Source of the DNA: an uncultured virus (IMG/VR IMGVR_UViG_3300023184_009054)
Taxonomy: Duplodnaviria > Heunggongvirae > Uroviricota > Caudoviricetes
Virus record (IMG/VR): IMGVR_UViG_3300023184_009054
Reading direction: 5' to 3' (one strand)
Length of the DNA: 64,000 nucleotides
Positions 39,275 through 49,077 of this stretch are shown here, piece by piece (the first letter of the stretch is position 1; the number at the start of each line of letters is the position of its first letter). The notes below the pieces were generated by a model. That model was not told the origin of the DNA, did no database searches, and was given only the letters and a program-made list of their open reading frames with translations. The position numbers and the translations under genes were made by a program.

Positions 39275-39934
39275 TTAATTATGGATCATTTTTTTCAAAT
39301 TAAGATTATAAAATAATTTGTTAATCCAATTAGCATAGTTGTTTGCCATATCAAGCATATCTACATTCCACACGCAATAAAGAGAATAGAATTTATTGTA
39401 CAATATCTTTAAAATTTTATCTATATTTTTAATTCTATTTTCTGCTAGATTATTCACATCTAGACTTTCCCATAAAATTTCTTTTACTTCAGTGTTCTCA
39501 TGTGTAAAATACGAATCAAATAAATACACAAAAGATTCCCACATCATAAAATAAGCATCTTGTTGATTTGATGGCGTAATGTAATCTGAACAATTCAAAG
39601 AAAGTGAATCGAAATAATTAAAAATAAAATTTTCATAATCATCATATTCAACAATATTACTTGATGAGGTTTTGTAAATTAAATTTCTATCTATGTAATT
39701 TTTATTTTTTAAAAATTCGTACCAATTAGTATTAAATTTTTTAAATGATTTAAATTGAATTGTATAATTGCCTGGGCCTTTTTGCTTATCGTTCCATTTT
39801 ATATCAATCAAAATATAATTATTTGATTCTGTTATAGAAACTGGTTTTAATATAAAAAAAGAACTGTCGCAATGTTGAACAATAGGTATATCATTCAAAT
39901 TATTTCGATTTAAAAACTCTTCAATTATTTTCAC
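39275..39934 (-). CDS. Hypothetical protein
   Basis: 219 aa in operon. Confidence 0.6.
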   Translation of the reverse strand: MKIIEEFLNRNNLNDIPIVQHCDSSFFILKPVSITESNNYILIDIKWNDKQKGPGNYTIQFKSFKKFNTNWYEFLKNKNYIDRNLIYKTSSSNIVEYDDYENFIFNYFDSLSLNCSDYITPSNQQDAYFMMWESFVYLFDSYFTHENTEVKEILWESLDVNNLAENRIKNIDKILKILYNKFYSLYCVWNVDMLDMANNYANWINKLFYNLNLKKMIHN

Positions 39935-40601
39935 TAGGAACTAATTCCTTATCAATTATTGGCAAGCTTGGATTTAAAATGTCTTCTTTTTTCTGAAAAT
40001 TTAAATTAATTTTATCTTGAATACTTTTAAGTTCAATTTTGATGTTAGATATCATCGATTTGATTTCTTTATATTCTTCTTTTGTTTGTGATTTTTCTAT
40101 ACATTGCATCAGAACTTCATTCTTTTTGTTAATGTCTAATAACATGGCTTTAAGTTCCTCTAAATTTTTTGAAAAACCCTTTATTGCATCATTGCCTTCA
40201 ATATGTTTATTTAGTGTTTTTAACTTGTTAATTTCACTTTGAATTAAAGAAAATCTTTCCAAAAAGCTTTCTTCATTATTTTTAGTTTGTAGCTTATTTT
40301 CAAGTGTTTTATTTTTTGAAAATAAAATAAATTTCTGATTTGTGTATAATAAACAATCTTTATCGTTATAATCACAAACTAATTTTTTACTTTCTTCGTT
40401 TAATTGCTGAATATAAATCACTGGTATTAGATTATTTAGGACTGGTACCTTTACGAGATCGGCATTTGGAAGTATTGCATCAATGTAATCATGCTTTACA
40501 ACATCTTTATTGAGTAAAATCTCTAAGACATAATTATCTTTGTTGATTTGTTGCGGATTCGAAAAAAGCAAAACAAAAAAAATAAAAACAACATTGTTCA
40601 T
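39921..40601 (-). CDS. Exported coiled-coil protein
   Basis: Hydrophobic N-terminus, heptad-rich C-half. Confidence 0.6.
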   Translation of the reverse strand: MNNVVFIFFVLLFSNPQQINKDNYVLEILLNKDVVKHDYIDAILPNADLVKVPVLNNLIPVIYIQQLNEESKKLVCDYNDKDCLLYTNQKFILFSKNKTLENKLQTKNNEESFLERFSLIQSEINKLKTLNKHIEGNDAIKGFSKNLEELKAMLLDINKKNEVLMQCIEKSQTKEEYKEIKSMISNIKIELKSIQDKINLNFQKKEDILNPSLPIIDKELVPSENN

Positions 40602-40822
40602 TTTATTCCCTCAAAAAATTCTTTTTGAAATGTAAAGTCATCAGTGTGCATCCAACATTTAGAATTTTCATTCCAATAAATAGGATAATATTTTGGCATA
40701 GTATCTAAAATATCAAAAAGATTTCCAGCAGATGATGCATGCTCAATAGATCTTTGAAAAATCAAAGGATGCACTTCTGAATATCTTTTTTTTAAAGATG
40801 CGATGATTTCATCATCAATCAT
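40598..40822 (-). CDS. Hypothetical protein
   Basis: 74 aa, coupled overlaps. Confidence 0.65.
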   Translation of the reverse strand: MIDDEIIASLKKRYSEVHPLIFQRSIEHASSAGNLFDILDTMPKYYPIYWNENSKCWMHTDDFTFQKEFFEGIK

Positions 40823-41117
40823 TGATCTTTTTCCCAGTAAAGAAATCTCTTGGCCCAGATGGAGATTTCTTTAGTACATAAAATCTAAATGCAATACAAC
40901 ATACGACACCACCCAATATAGACATAATAAAGCCAGAAGGTTCGTATGGAGCATTGCCAAAATCCAAAAGCCAATTGATCATTCCACCAATAAACGATCC
41001 AGCTACGCCAATAAGAATTGTCGGCAAACAACCCAAAGGATCATCACCAGGATGAATAGCTTTTGCGATACAACCAGTAACTAATCCGAAAAATGACCAA
41101 ATAATTAAACTAAACAT
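40815..41117 (-). CDS. GlsB/YeaQ/YmgE family membrane protein
   Basis: GLVTGCIAKAIHPG...TILIGVAGSFIGG...GFIMSILGGVV. Confidence 0.9.
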   Translation of the reverse strand: MFSLIIWSFFGLVTGCIAKAIHPGDDPLGCLPTILIGVAGSFIGGMINWLLDFGNAPYEPSGFIMSILGGVVCCIAFRFYVLKKSPSGPRDFFTGKKIND

Positions 41118-41119
41118 TT

Positions 41120-41959
41120 TTACCTCTCAATCTTTTTAATTTGTAAATAGGAATCAGGAATTACTTTGTTTGTTATATCTTTAGACAGACCATCAATGTA
41201 ACGAACATAGGTTTTTTCAAAATCAGAATAATCTTTAAACCCAAGAACTTTCTTTACAGATTCGTTAGAACCACTTTTAAATGATGTTTTTAAAAAACTA
41301 TGGAGTTTCAATTCTCCAAATTCTTTCCTCAAAAGAAGACATAATGCTACAGACTGATTGATGAATAATTTCTGCTTATCTTGGCCTAATTTAACAAATT
41401 GCTGTTCATTCATATTTAAAATTGTTTGAATGTCATAAATCTTGACATTACTTAAATTTGACAAATCCAATTTAATATCATCAATCATTCCATTTAAGCT
41501 ACTCATACCTTTTTTAGACCATAATGGCAATTTAACTAGATTTGAAGATTCAAATTCAGCAAGAATGATTTCGGTTAAATAAATAGGCAAAACCTTTGAT
41601 GGTTTGTCGTCTAATACCAACCACATTGCCGTTATTTCTATTTCATCATTTTTTTTTCTAATTTCAATTTTTGATGAATCAAGATTAAACAATTTTTTAA
41701 GCAGGTTTTTATTTGGAACGCAAAATATCCTACATTCCTTAGAAAATTTGATGTCTGAAAATCCCCATCTTGTCAAACACCATATTTTAATATCTTCTAA
41801 ATTATTTTTCATCCAATAACCTTGATCATTGTCAATGCTCAAAATCGTAAAATTGGTTGTAATATATCTGTTCCAAACCAAATTTTTGATTAATGGATCT
41901 TCAATGACGGGTGGATCAAAACCTAAAAGTAACGCAAAAACAAACAACAAATTACACAT
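41120..41959 (-). CDS. Exported peptidase-MA (gluzincin)-like protein lacking HExxH
   Basis: Signal peptide; TTNFTI; VLPIYLTEIIL...LPLWSKKGMS; FINQSVALC. Confidence 0.55.
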   Translation of the reverse strand: MCNLLFVFALLLGFDPPVIEDPLIKNLVWNRYITTNFTILSIDNDQGYWMKNNLEDIKIWCLTRWGFSDIKFSKECRIFCVPNKNLLKKLFNLDSSKIEIRKKNDEIEITAMWLVLDDKPSKVLPIYLTEIILAEFESSNLVKLPLWSKKGMSSLNGMIDDIKLDLSNLSNVKIYDIQTILNMNEQQFVKLGQDKQKLFINQSVALCLLLRKEFGELKLHSFLKTSFKSGSNESVKKVLGFKDYSDFEKTYVRYIDGLSKDITNKVIPDSYLQIKKIER

Positions 41960-42968
41960 TGTTACACCTCTGATTTATTGATATCTTATCTAATATAGTT
42001 TGGGCTTGATTTTTAATTGATTTTTGCAAAACACTAAGATGAAAAAATTCCAAAACTCTAGGACATCCATATATGCTTTCACTATTTGCAAATCTATTCA
42101 ATAGCCATATTTTTGTTTTATAAATGTTTGAATCAAAAATTGAAAAATTATTATCGTGACCAAATCCAATTATATCAAACAAATCACTCAAGGATATGAT
42201 TTTATCTTTATCTAAATTTTCCATATACGAAAAATCTTTTTTTTTCACATTATCTATAAAGCTTACAAACATAAGAACCCAATTTTTTATGTCTTCGCAA
42301 TCTAAAGAACCTTCTGGCCATCGTAACTCCAAAGTCTTTCTTAGATTGGTTTTTAATCGCAAGGCATTGTAGAAATTAACTAAATTTAAATTCTTTCTTC
42401 TTGCCATATAATCATCCGTCTGTGGCCTGTATATATTAAAAACTCCCCTATAACCATGATTGTTGTACTGGTATGGGATTAGCTTAGAATCAAATTTTGG
42501 TTTTAAATTTTGACAATATTTGTTATCCCATCTTCTTATTGGGAGAGCAAACATAAGTATTGGCTCTATTGTAAGCCAATACATTAAGATTCTTCCAACA
42601 GATTCTTCATCCAAATCTATAGCATCGGCATGAATATGAAGACCACAATTATCATTCACTATTCCGCCATGACCTTTTATTTTTTTAACTATTTTCAAAA
42701 TGTGATACAGATCTTTTAACGAAGAGCAAACAAAGGTTGCTATTTCTACTCCATTTGGGCCATCAGAACCTCTAGGGCCACAACTTCCATCGGTTTTTAC
42801 ATGCCAATTTTTATTGTCATAAGATACGGCATATCTAGAAACTTTAACACCACGATTGGAATTTTCATTTATAATTTCTTTTATTTTTTTCTTAGATAAG
42901 TTATTCGACAATTCGATTTCAATTCCGAATCTTCTAGATGACGAAAAATCTTTAAAATTAATTATCAT
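41952..42968 (-). CDS. Amidoligase (COOH-NH2 ligase) family protein
   Basis: RRFGIEIE, WHVKTDGS, VEIAT, NCGLHIH, LNL, TLELR. Confidence 0.9.
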   Translation of the reverse strand: MIINFKDFSSSRRFGIEIELSNNLSKKKIKEIINENSNRGVKVSRYAVSYDNKNWHVKTDGSCGPRGSDGPNGVEIATFVCSSLKDLYHILKIVKKIKGHGGIVNDNCGLHIHADAIDLDEESVGRILMYWLTIEPILMFALPIRRWDNKYCQNLKPKFDSKLIPYQYNNHGYRGVFNIYRPQTDDYMARRKNLNLVNFYNALRLKTNLRKTLELRWPEGSLDCEDIKNWVLMFVSFIDNVKKKDFSYMENLDKDKIISLSDLFDIIGFGHDNNFSIFDSNIYKTKIWLLNRFANSESIYGCPRVLEFFHLSVLQKSIKNQAQTILDKISINQRCNNV

Positions 42969-43246
42969 TATTGATCTAGATCCATCAATCCATTTTGTTG
43001 CCTACTTCTTCTTAAAATCTCATTAAGCTCTTCTTCGTATTTTTGATCCCAATTTTTCACCAAAGGAACATCTGCTTCTGAGCTTTGTAAAGAACTTTCT
43101 GTTTGTCCTAACACATTCAAAACATCAATAAAAAAACTCTTTTGCTCTTCTTTCAATCTAACCAAAAAGCTACTAAGATAAAATAAAATTATCGTATTTA
43201 AGATAAGAAAAAACAAAACGATTATATCAAAAATTAAATTTTGCAT
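42968..43246 (-). CDS. Membrane-anchored hypothetical protein
   Basis: N-terminal TM. Confidence 0.6.
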   Translation of the reverse strand: MQNLIFDIIVLFFLILNTIILFYLSSFLVRLKEEQKSFFIDVLNVLGQTESSLQSSEADVPLVKNWDQKYEEELNEILRRSRQQNGLMDLDQ

Positions 43247-43251
43247 TTTTT

Positions 43252-45447
43252 TTACAAATAAAACTGTATTGGTGCCTGTGGTCTAATTGAAGTAATATCG
43301 ATTACCGAAACATCTAACAATGTAAGTTTCTCTAAAATTCTGCAATTAAGACTGTTAGCATTCCAGTATATTCCATTAAACAAACCTATACTATCATATA
43401 TTGTAAAATTATCAACAACAAGATTGAAATTATTTATTACAAAATTATCTCTAAAATGAACATTAATAGTAAAATCAAGACCATATGAACTTGCACTAAC
43501 GCATATATCCTCTGATGGGAAATAGGCTAAAATTTTACTGTCGGAATCATCACCAGTTGCAATATTTGTTTTATTCACATACAATGAAAATTTCCAAAGA
43601 TTAGAACTTAATTTATTTTCTCCAAAATAATTCACACAAGACCACTCAATATTAATCTGCCAATTTTCAGCAGTATTTGTATTTCCAATGCCATTAAAGT
43701 GAAATGATCTCTGCCAAGATTCTGTTCTTGTGCTGTAAAACATTTCAATGTTTTCACTTAATGAAAATCCATTGTTATCTAAAAATTCCTTTAGCACCTT
43801 AGCTTTATCAAAATTATGCTTTAAATAAAGTATTTTTGGAATTGCATTACACAAACCACATGCTGTATTGACTGTTTCGGATATCGGAATCATTACTTGA
43901 TCAACAGATTCTGAAAAGTTTACTTCAAAAGTGCTAATTTCTACAGCCATGCCCATGCCAATGTTATTTGCCAAAAACAATGATGATGCAATAGTTCCAG
44001 AAAGATCAATTATTCCGCTTCCTTTATATTTATAACCTGACAAAAACGACAAAGAAGATTCCTCTAGCAATATTGGAGATAATATTGTTGTGTACCAAAA
44101 ATCTCCCAAAGAAGAATCTCTGGTCTCAACAGTTCCATCAATCGAAATAAAACCAGAATCTGGTTCGTAGGCATATGAAGCAATATTTACAAGTATGGAA
44201 TCACCTACTGTAATTGCTCCATCAGTCACATAAGAAAAATATGGCGACACAATTGAAGCGTTGCCAAAAACAAGAGCATTGCCTTCTGCATAGTTCCAAA
44301 TATATGGCGTATTTGAAATAGAGATTCCATTAACTAAAATCCCACCAGTAGCGTTTTGCAATATAGGATATTCTGCATTCCCATAGATGATTATCCCATC
44401 ATAGGTCGGATATGTATCGCTCTTTCCAGTAGAAACAAAACTTAATTTAAATTGCACCAAAGCATCATCAGAAGTGCTAATATTTCCAAACCCATTGTAT
44501 TTCCAGTTAGGACTTATAACTTCTGGGTTGCCTTCGACAATTATATTTCCACTTCCTTCAAATGCACGATATGAATATACAAGTTCTGATTCCCCATAAA
44601 TTAAAGAATCTCCAGATCCAATGTAGCTAAAGTAATTATTTGAAAAATCCGCTGAACCAGATAATAAAACTGTTCCAGATCCAACATACGAGGATATTAA
44701 TTTAACACTTCCACCAATTGCGATGCCTCCAGTAGCGGCAAAAAAATTAATTTCAATTAAACCCGTAGAAATTCCCATTTTCACTAATGGTGTCGGCAAA
44801 ACGGTAAATTGTAAACATTGTGGTATTTGAGAAAATGGAACGACTTCAAATTGATTCGATGTTGGAACAAATTCACCATTTGTTGCAATTCCAGTAGATC
44901 CAATTGCAAAAAAAGATTCAATTGGATGAACAGATCTTTCTATAGTTTCAATTGGCCAAGTCCAATTCACATCACTTAAAAATTGACAAACTTCTTGCGG
45001 ACTTCTAGCAATTATTTCTTGGAACATTCTATTTAAACCATTTGGTATTCCACAAAATGGTATGTAATCACAATTATAATATTGACGACCAGTAACTCTG
45101 AATGTTCTTAATGGCAATTCGCCAACATTATAGGAAAAATCATAAGATGTTTGAAATGATTGATGAACATCGTATGAAAAACTATATGAAAAATCTATAT
45201 TAAAATTATATAATGAAGATGTAGTATTTGTAACATTTATAAACCCATCCGATACATGTTTTGGATGATAAACACAATGCGATGATCCATAGATGGTTAC
45301 ATATCCTGAGCCTTCATATGCATTAGATTCGTCACTATCTCCATATATCACAATACCACCAGTAGAAATTTCAATAAATGAAATTATGGCATATTGTGAA
45401 TTACCAGATGTGAAAATATCTCCACTAGCTTCGTAATTATAGATCAT
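43252..45447 (-). CDS. Putative virion structural protein with repeated beta motifs
   Basis: 731 aa, G/S/I/Y-rich, recurring Y.GSG.I.I.G.A units. Confidence 0.7.
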   Translation of the reverse strand: MIYNYEASGDIFTSGNSQYAIISFIEISTGGIVIYGDSDESNAYEGSGYVTIYGSSHCVYHPKHVSDGFINVTNTTSSLYNFNIDFSYSFSYDVHQSFQTSYDFSYNVGELPLRTFRVTGRQYYNCDYIPFCGIPNGLNRMFQEIIARSPQEVCQFLSDVNWTWPIETIERSVHPIESFFAIGSTGIATNGEFVPTSNQFEVVPFSQIPQCLQFTVLPTPLVKMGISTGLIEINFFAATGGIAIGGSVKLISSYVGSGTVLLSGSADFSNNYFSYIGSGDSLIYGESELVYSYRAFEGSGNIIVEGNPEVISPNWKYNGFGNISTSDDALVQFKLSFVSTGKSDTYPTYDGIIIYGNAEYPILQNATGGILVNGISISNTPYIWNYAEGNALVFGNASIVSPYFSYVTDGAITVGDSILVNIASYAYEPDSGFISIDGTVETRDSSLGDFWYTTILSPILLEESSLSFLSGYKYKGSGIIDLSGTIASSLFLANNIGMGMAVEISTFEVNFSESVDQVMIPISETVNTACGLCNAIPKILYLKHNFDKAKVLKEFLDNNGFSLSENIEMFYSTRTESWQRSFHFNGIGNTNTAENWQINIEWSCVNYFGENKLSSNLWKFSLYVNKTNIATGDDSDSKILAYFPSEDICVSASSYGLDFTINVHFRDNFVINNFNLVVDNFTIYDSIGLFNGIYWNANSLNCRILEKLTLLDVSVIDITSIRPQAPIQFYL

Positions 45448-46163
45448 TTCCTTACATTCATCTCTTCAAACTTATCTAATATTCCAGCAATCAAGGGATG
45501 TCTTACGATTGAGCAAGCCTTGAACCTTATAACCGCAACTCCCTTTAGTTCTTCCATTTTATTTGCTATTTCCAATAACGATGAATTACCTCCATTTATA
45601 TCACTTTGATCTGGATCTCCTGTGATGATCATTTTACTATTATGTCCAAATCTAGTCATAAAAAGTTTAATTTGTGTTTTAGTTGCATTTTGAGCTTCGT
45701 CAAATATGCAAACAGAATCTTTAAAGGTTCTACCACGGCAAAAAGCTATAGGTGCGATTTCCATTGATTTATTTATTATTTCTCTTTGTGGGCCATCTTT
45801 GCCAAGACAGGTTTCCATACAGTCATACATTGGCATCATATAAGGATTTAACTTCTCTTCTATGCCACCAGGCAAAAACCCAAGGCTTTCTCCAGCTTCA
45901 ACAACTGGTCTGGTTAGAATTATTTTTTTTCTTTTTAATGCTAAGATTTCACTTATAGCAAAAGCACAAGACAATTGAGTCTTGCCACATCCAGCAGGGC
46001 CAAGTAAAAACAAAACATCATGTTGGTCAAAAGCACCCCAAGCCAATCTTTGAGCTTGATTCATAAATTCAAAATGAAAATTTTGACTTGTAGAAGCATG
46101 GTTAGGTTTTGGTATTTCTTGTTTTTTGTTTTTATAGACAACTTTTCTTTTTGATCTAGACAT
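45444..46163 (-). CDS. phoH: PhoH family ATPase
   Basis: GPAGCGKT, TRPVVEAGESLGFLPG, RGRTF, DEAQN, ITGD..QSD, IVRHPL. Confidence 0.97.
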   Translation of the reverse strand: MSRSKRKVVYKNKKQEIPKPNHASTSQNFHFEFMNQAQRLAWGAFDQHDVLFLLGPAGCGKTQLSCAFAISEILALKRKKIILTRPVVEAGESLGFLPGGIEEKLNPYMMPMYDCMETCLGKDGPQREIINKSMEIAPIAFCRGRTFKDSVCIFDEAQNATKTQIKLFMTRFGHNSKMIITGDPDQSDINGGNSSLLEIANKMEELKGVAVIRFKACSIVRHPLIAGILDKFEEMNVRK

Positions 46164-46242
46164 TTATTTGTTTCCTGATAAATAGTTAGTTTCCAACATA
46201 TATATCAATTGAAATGACAAATAATCAGCATAAGGCAAATAT

Positions 46243-46713
46243 ATGTTAACCAATAATTTTAAATTATTTTTTGAAGAAAAAGAAATGGAAGATGTAAAGA
46301 AACTTCTAAATAAGTTGCCTACAAGTCATAAAAAATTGATCCATGGATTCAAATTCAAATATACTGGTAATAATACTTTAAATGGCGACAAAAAACATGT
46401 TGGTGTAATTTATGATAAAAAAATTGAAATTGCTGCTCCTTGGAATTATAGCAGAGAATTTACCACATTACACGAAATAGCACATTTGGTTTGGTCTCAT
46501 AAATTAACGCCTAAATTAAAAAAAGAATGGGCAAAACTTTTAAAATCAACAAAAAAAGAAATGAATAAAAAAGAAATTTCAAAATCTTCTTTAAATCAAG
46601 GTGCTGAAGAAATTTTTGCTATGAGTTATGCAAATTATTATTCAAAACATAAAATTTTGACATATAATCATCCCAAGTGGATGGATTTCATAAAAGAAAA
46701 AGTACCAGACTAA
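46243..46713 (+). CDS. Zincin-like (HExxH) protein, putative head internal protein
   Basis: TTLHEIAHLVW, EEIFAMSY; N-terminus MLTNNFKLFFEEKE; CATATATA at 46197-46204. Confidence 0.75.
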   Translation: MLTNNFKLFFEEKEMEDVKKLLNKLPTSHKKLIHGFKFKYTGNNTLNGDKKHVGVIYDKKIEIAAPWNYSREFTTLHEIAHLVWSHKLTPKLKKEWAKLLKSTKKEMNKKEISKSSLNQGAEEIFAMSYANYYSKHKILTYNHPKWMDFIKEKVPD

Positions 46714-47432
46714 ATTGGCTTGGATTGAACTTGGCTTACCAATTTTGGCAATATCGTAACAGCTTCTTCTTGAAGCTTTTCATATTCGTTGATTCCCAAG
46801 CTAAATATTTTATAATGATGAACTACTGGGGTTTTCATTATTTGTGGCTTAAAACCTCTGCTTTGAGATTTCATAGTCATAATAAAGCTTGTTCCAATTT
46901 GTGGCAACTCTTCTGGCCAAGGTCCAATATCATCCCAACAATCTCTAGTCATCAAAATAAGATGATCGGTAATAAAACCAACATCTTGATTGCCAACTGT
47001 ATATGTTTGACTGTCTAATCCAATAAATCCAGAAGATGTAGATTCGCTTACATTGAGAAGTAAATCTAACCAACTTGGGTTGGTGATCACAACATCACAA
47101 TGCATAAAAATAAGATATTTTGAATTTTTGTCAGCAGCCTTTGCACCCTTGTTACATGCAGCAGACCAATATAGATTTTTTTCATTTCTGACAACTTTAA
47201 CAGTTCCTTCTATATCATCCAAAAAATCTTGAGATTCCTTATCGCTACCATTATCAACAACTATGATTTCGTAATTACTATTAAAAGATGTGACACAAAT
47301 ACTTTGTAGAGTAAGATTCAAATATTCGGGCCTATCTTTATGAACTATGATGATTGATATCTGTTCATCACTATAATTTTTTAAAGATACTGTTAATTCT
47401 GATTTTTTATTTTCTAAAGTATTATCGCTCAT
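46710..47432 (-). CDS. Glycosyltransferase family 2
   Basis: SIIIVH, IIVVDNGS, AACNKGA, FMHCD. Confidence 0.85.
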   Translation of the reverse strand: MSDNTLENKKSELTVSLKNYSDEQISIIIVHKDRPEYLNLTLQSICVTSFNSNYEIIVVDNGSDKESQDFLDDIEGTVKVVRNEKNLYWSAACNKGAKAADKNSKYLIFMHCDVVITNPSWLDLLLNVSESTSSGFIGLDSQTYTVGNQDVGFITDHLILMTRDCWDDIGPWPEELPQIGTSFIMTMKSQSRGFKPQIMKTPVVHHYKIFSLGINEYEKLQEEAVTILPKLVSQVQSKPI

Positions 47433-47434
47433 AT

Positions 47435-47647
47435 TTATTCCTCAATTTCTAATTCGAAAACACCTCTAGTACACAGACATTGAACTGGTCCGGTTGGAGT
47501 TTGAATTGATTCTGTGTAAATTTTTGCAAGTTTATTTGCGTACTGTTCCGCTTTATTGGATTCACGAAAAGCTTTTTCTGGCTTTAGTACAATGTATTCG
47601 CCTTCGACCTGCCTAGCAACGCTTATTACTGCAAATATCTTTTCCAT
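47435..47647 (-). CDS. Hypothetical protein
   Basis: 70 aa. Confidence 0.65.
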   Translation of the reverse strand: MEKIFAVISVARQVEGEYIVLKPEKAFRESNKAEQYANKLAKIYTESIQTPTGPVQCLCTRGVFELEIEE

Positions 47648-47674
47648 AAAATAATCTAGTTACTTATTTTAAAT

Positions 47675-48166
47675 TTAAATTTCTTTTAATCCATTTGGAG
47701 CAATTAAGGGATTTTGATCTTCACTTTTTAAATCTATTCCATTATCAAAATCTTCCGTTTGCATATTAATATAATCATTAATTTTAGGCTCTTTTGTCAA
47801 AGTGTCTGTTACAACAGACGATTTCTTAAAGTCTGGTGATTTAAAATCATCACTTAAAGAATCTAATTTTTTATAGTTATCATCTCCCAATTCCCCAACA
47901 AATAAAGGCCTATCCTTTTTCGCCAACATTTGAGCCTTACCCAAGTGTTGACGAAAATTTTTACCAAATGAACTATATGCATTGCTTGGATATTTGCTAA
48001 CCATTTTTTTAAGTTCATTTTTTATAGATTCATCATATTCTTTTTTGTCGATCCAAGCAAAAACTTTATCTAAGGTCAGCATTCTAAAGTCTCTTTGCTC
48101 TTCTCGATCTGGATTGTTTAAATTTACAACTTTAAAATTTATTGATTCTGCACTATGGTGACTCAT
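47675..48166 (-). CDS. Hypothetical protein
   Basis: 163 aa, overlaps upstream stop. Confidence 0.65.
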   Translation of the reverse strand: MSHHSAESINFKVVNLNNPDREEQRDFRMLTLDKVFAWIDKKEYDESIKNELKKMVSKYPSNAYSSFGKNFRQHLGKAQMLAKKDRPLFVGELGDDNYKKLDSLSDDFKSPDFKKSSVVTDTLTKEPKINDYINMQTEDFDNGIDLKSEDQNPLIAPNGLKEI

Positions 48167-48489
48167 ATTTTATCCTTTTTTTCATTCATATTTTGATATT
48201 CTTTGATTTCTTTAGTAATCCCAAAAAACTCCATATTTCCCATTTGAGCGTTTTTTATGTTCTCTTTTATATATTCTGGAATTTCAAAAGAAATTGTGTT
48301 TATTGGTGTTTCGTAATATCCACCAATATATTCTCCAATTTTATTTTTTATTTCGGCATCAATTTGACCTATTGGCATAACCTTTTTCTGCTCATTGTCA
48401 TAAAAAACAATGACTGATTTTGAATTTCCATCATCATCAATCATATTTATTTCAAATGTAGTCAACAAATTGGCAGATAATATTTGCAT
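48163..48489 (-). CDS. Hypothetical protein
   Basis: 108 aa; palindromic TATATATA 8 nt upstream. Confidence 0.65.
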   Translation of the reverse strand: MQILSANLLTTFEINMIDDDGNSKSVIVFYDNEQKKVMPIGQIDAEIKNKIGEYIGGYYETPINTISFEIPEYIKENIKNAQMGNMEFFGITKEIKEYQNMNEKKDKI

Positions 48490-48497
48490 AATTTTTT

Positions 48498-48505
48498 TAT
48501 ATATA
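48498..48505. promoter_or_regulatory. Palindromic late-promoter-like octamer between divergent genes
   Basis: TATATATA in a 20-bp gap, 8 nt from ATG 48489(-) and 4 nt from ATG 48510(+). Confidence 0.65.
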
Positions 48506-48509
48506 ATAT

Positions 48510-48863
48510 ATGGAAAATAAATTTAAAAATTTCGTTATTTTAAAAGAGTTATCGGAACACAATAATCTTTACATACCAGAAGGATTTGATTGGGTAAAAG
48601 ACTATATCCATAAAATTCCCAAATATGATATAGATCTTCCGACAATCACTAAAAAGTCTAAAATTCATTTTATAAACAAAAACAAGAATCCCATCTCTAT
48701 TCATTTTATGGATGGATCTAAAATATTTTGCTCATATGATCAATTTCTTAGACTTCCAAAAAACTTATGCCAAGGAAACGAACTTGAATTTAAATTTCTC
48801 GGTCATTCTAGCCAAAAAGACCAACCAATGTTATTGAAGTCAGTAAAATTAATTAGCGTTTAA
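48510..48863 (+). CDS. Hypothetical, putative head internal protein
   Basis: MENKFKNFVILKE N-terminus. Confidence 0.65.
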   Translation: MENKFKNFVILKELSEHNNLYIPEGFDWVKDYIHKIPKYDIDLPTITKKSKIHFINKNKNPISIHFMDGSKIFCSYDQFLRLPKNLCQGNELEFKFLGHSSQKDQPMLLKSVKLISV

Positions 48864-49056
48864 CTTTATCGATATCGATTTTATCAGGATCAAATCCTGG
48901 AGAAAATGGAGATGGAGAATATTCTTTTTGCAACTTATGAATCACTCTATCGGCCACTTTATCGATAATTACTTTATGGCCAAATACTAAACCTAAAAAC
49001 AAAATTGCCAATGCAACAACTGGCAAAAATAATTTATTTTCTGTAATGTTACTCAT
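48853..49056 (-). CDS. Small membrane protein
   Basis: One TM; SD GGAAGG. Confidence 0.65.
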   Translation of the reverse strand: MSNITENKLFLPVVALAILFLGLVFGHKVIIDKVADRVIHKLQKEYSPSPFSPGFDPDKIDIDKVKR

Positions 49057-49077
49057 TTCGAACCTTCCTTTTGAATA

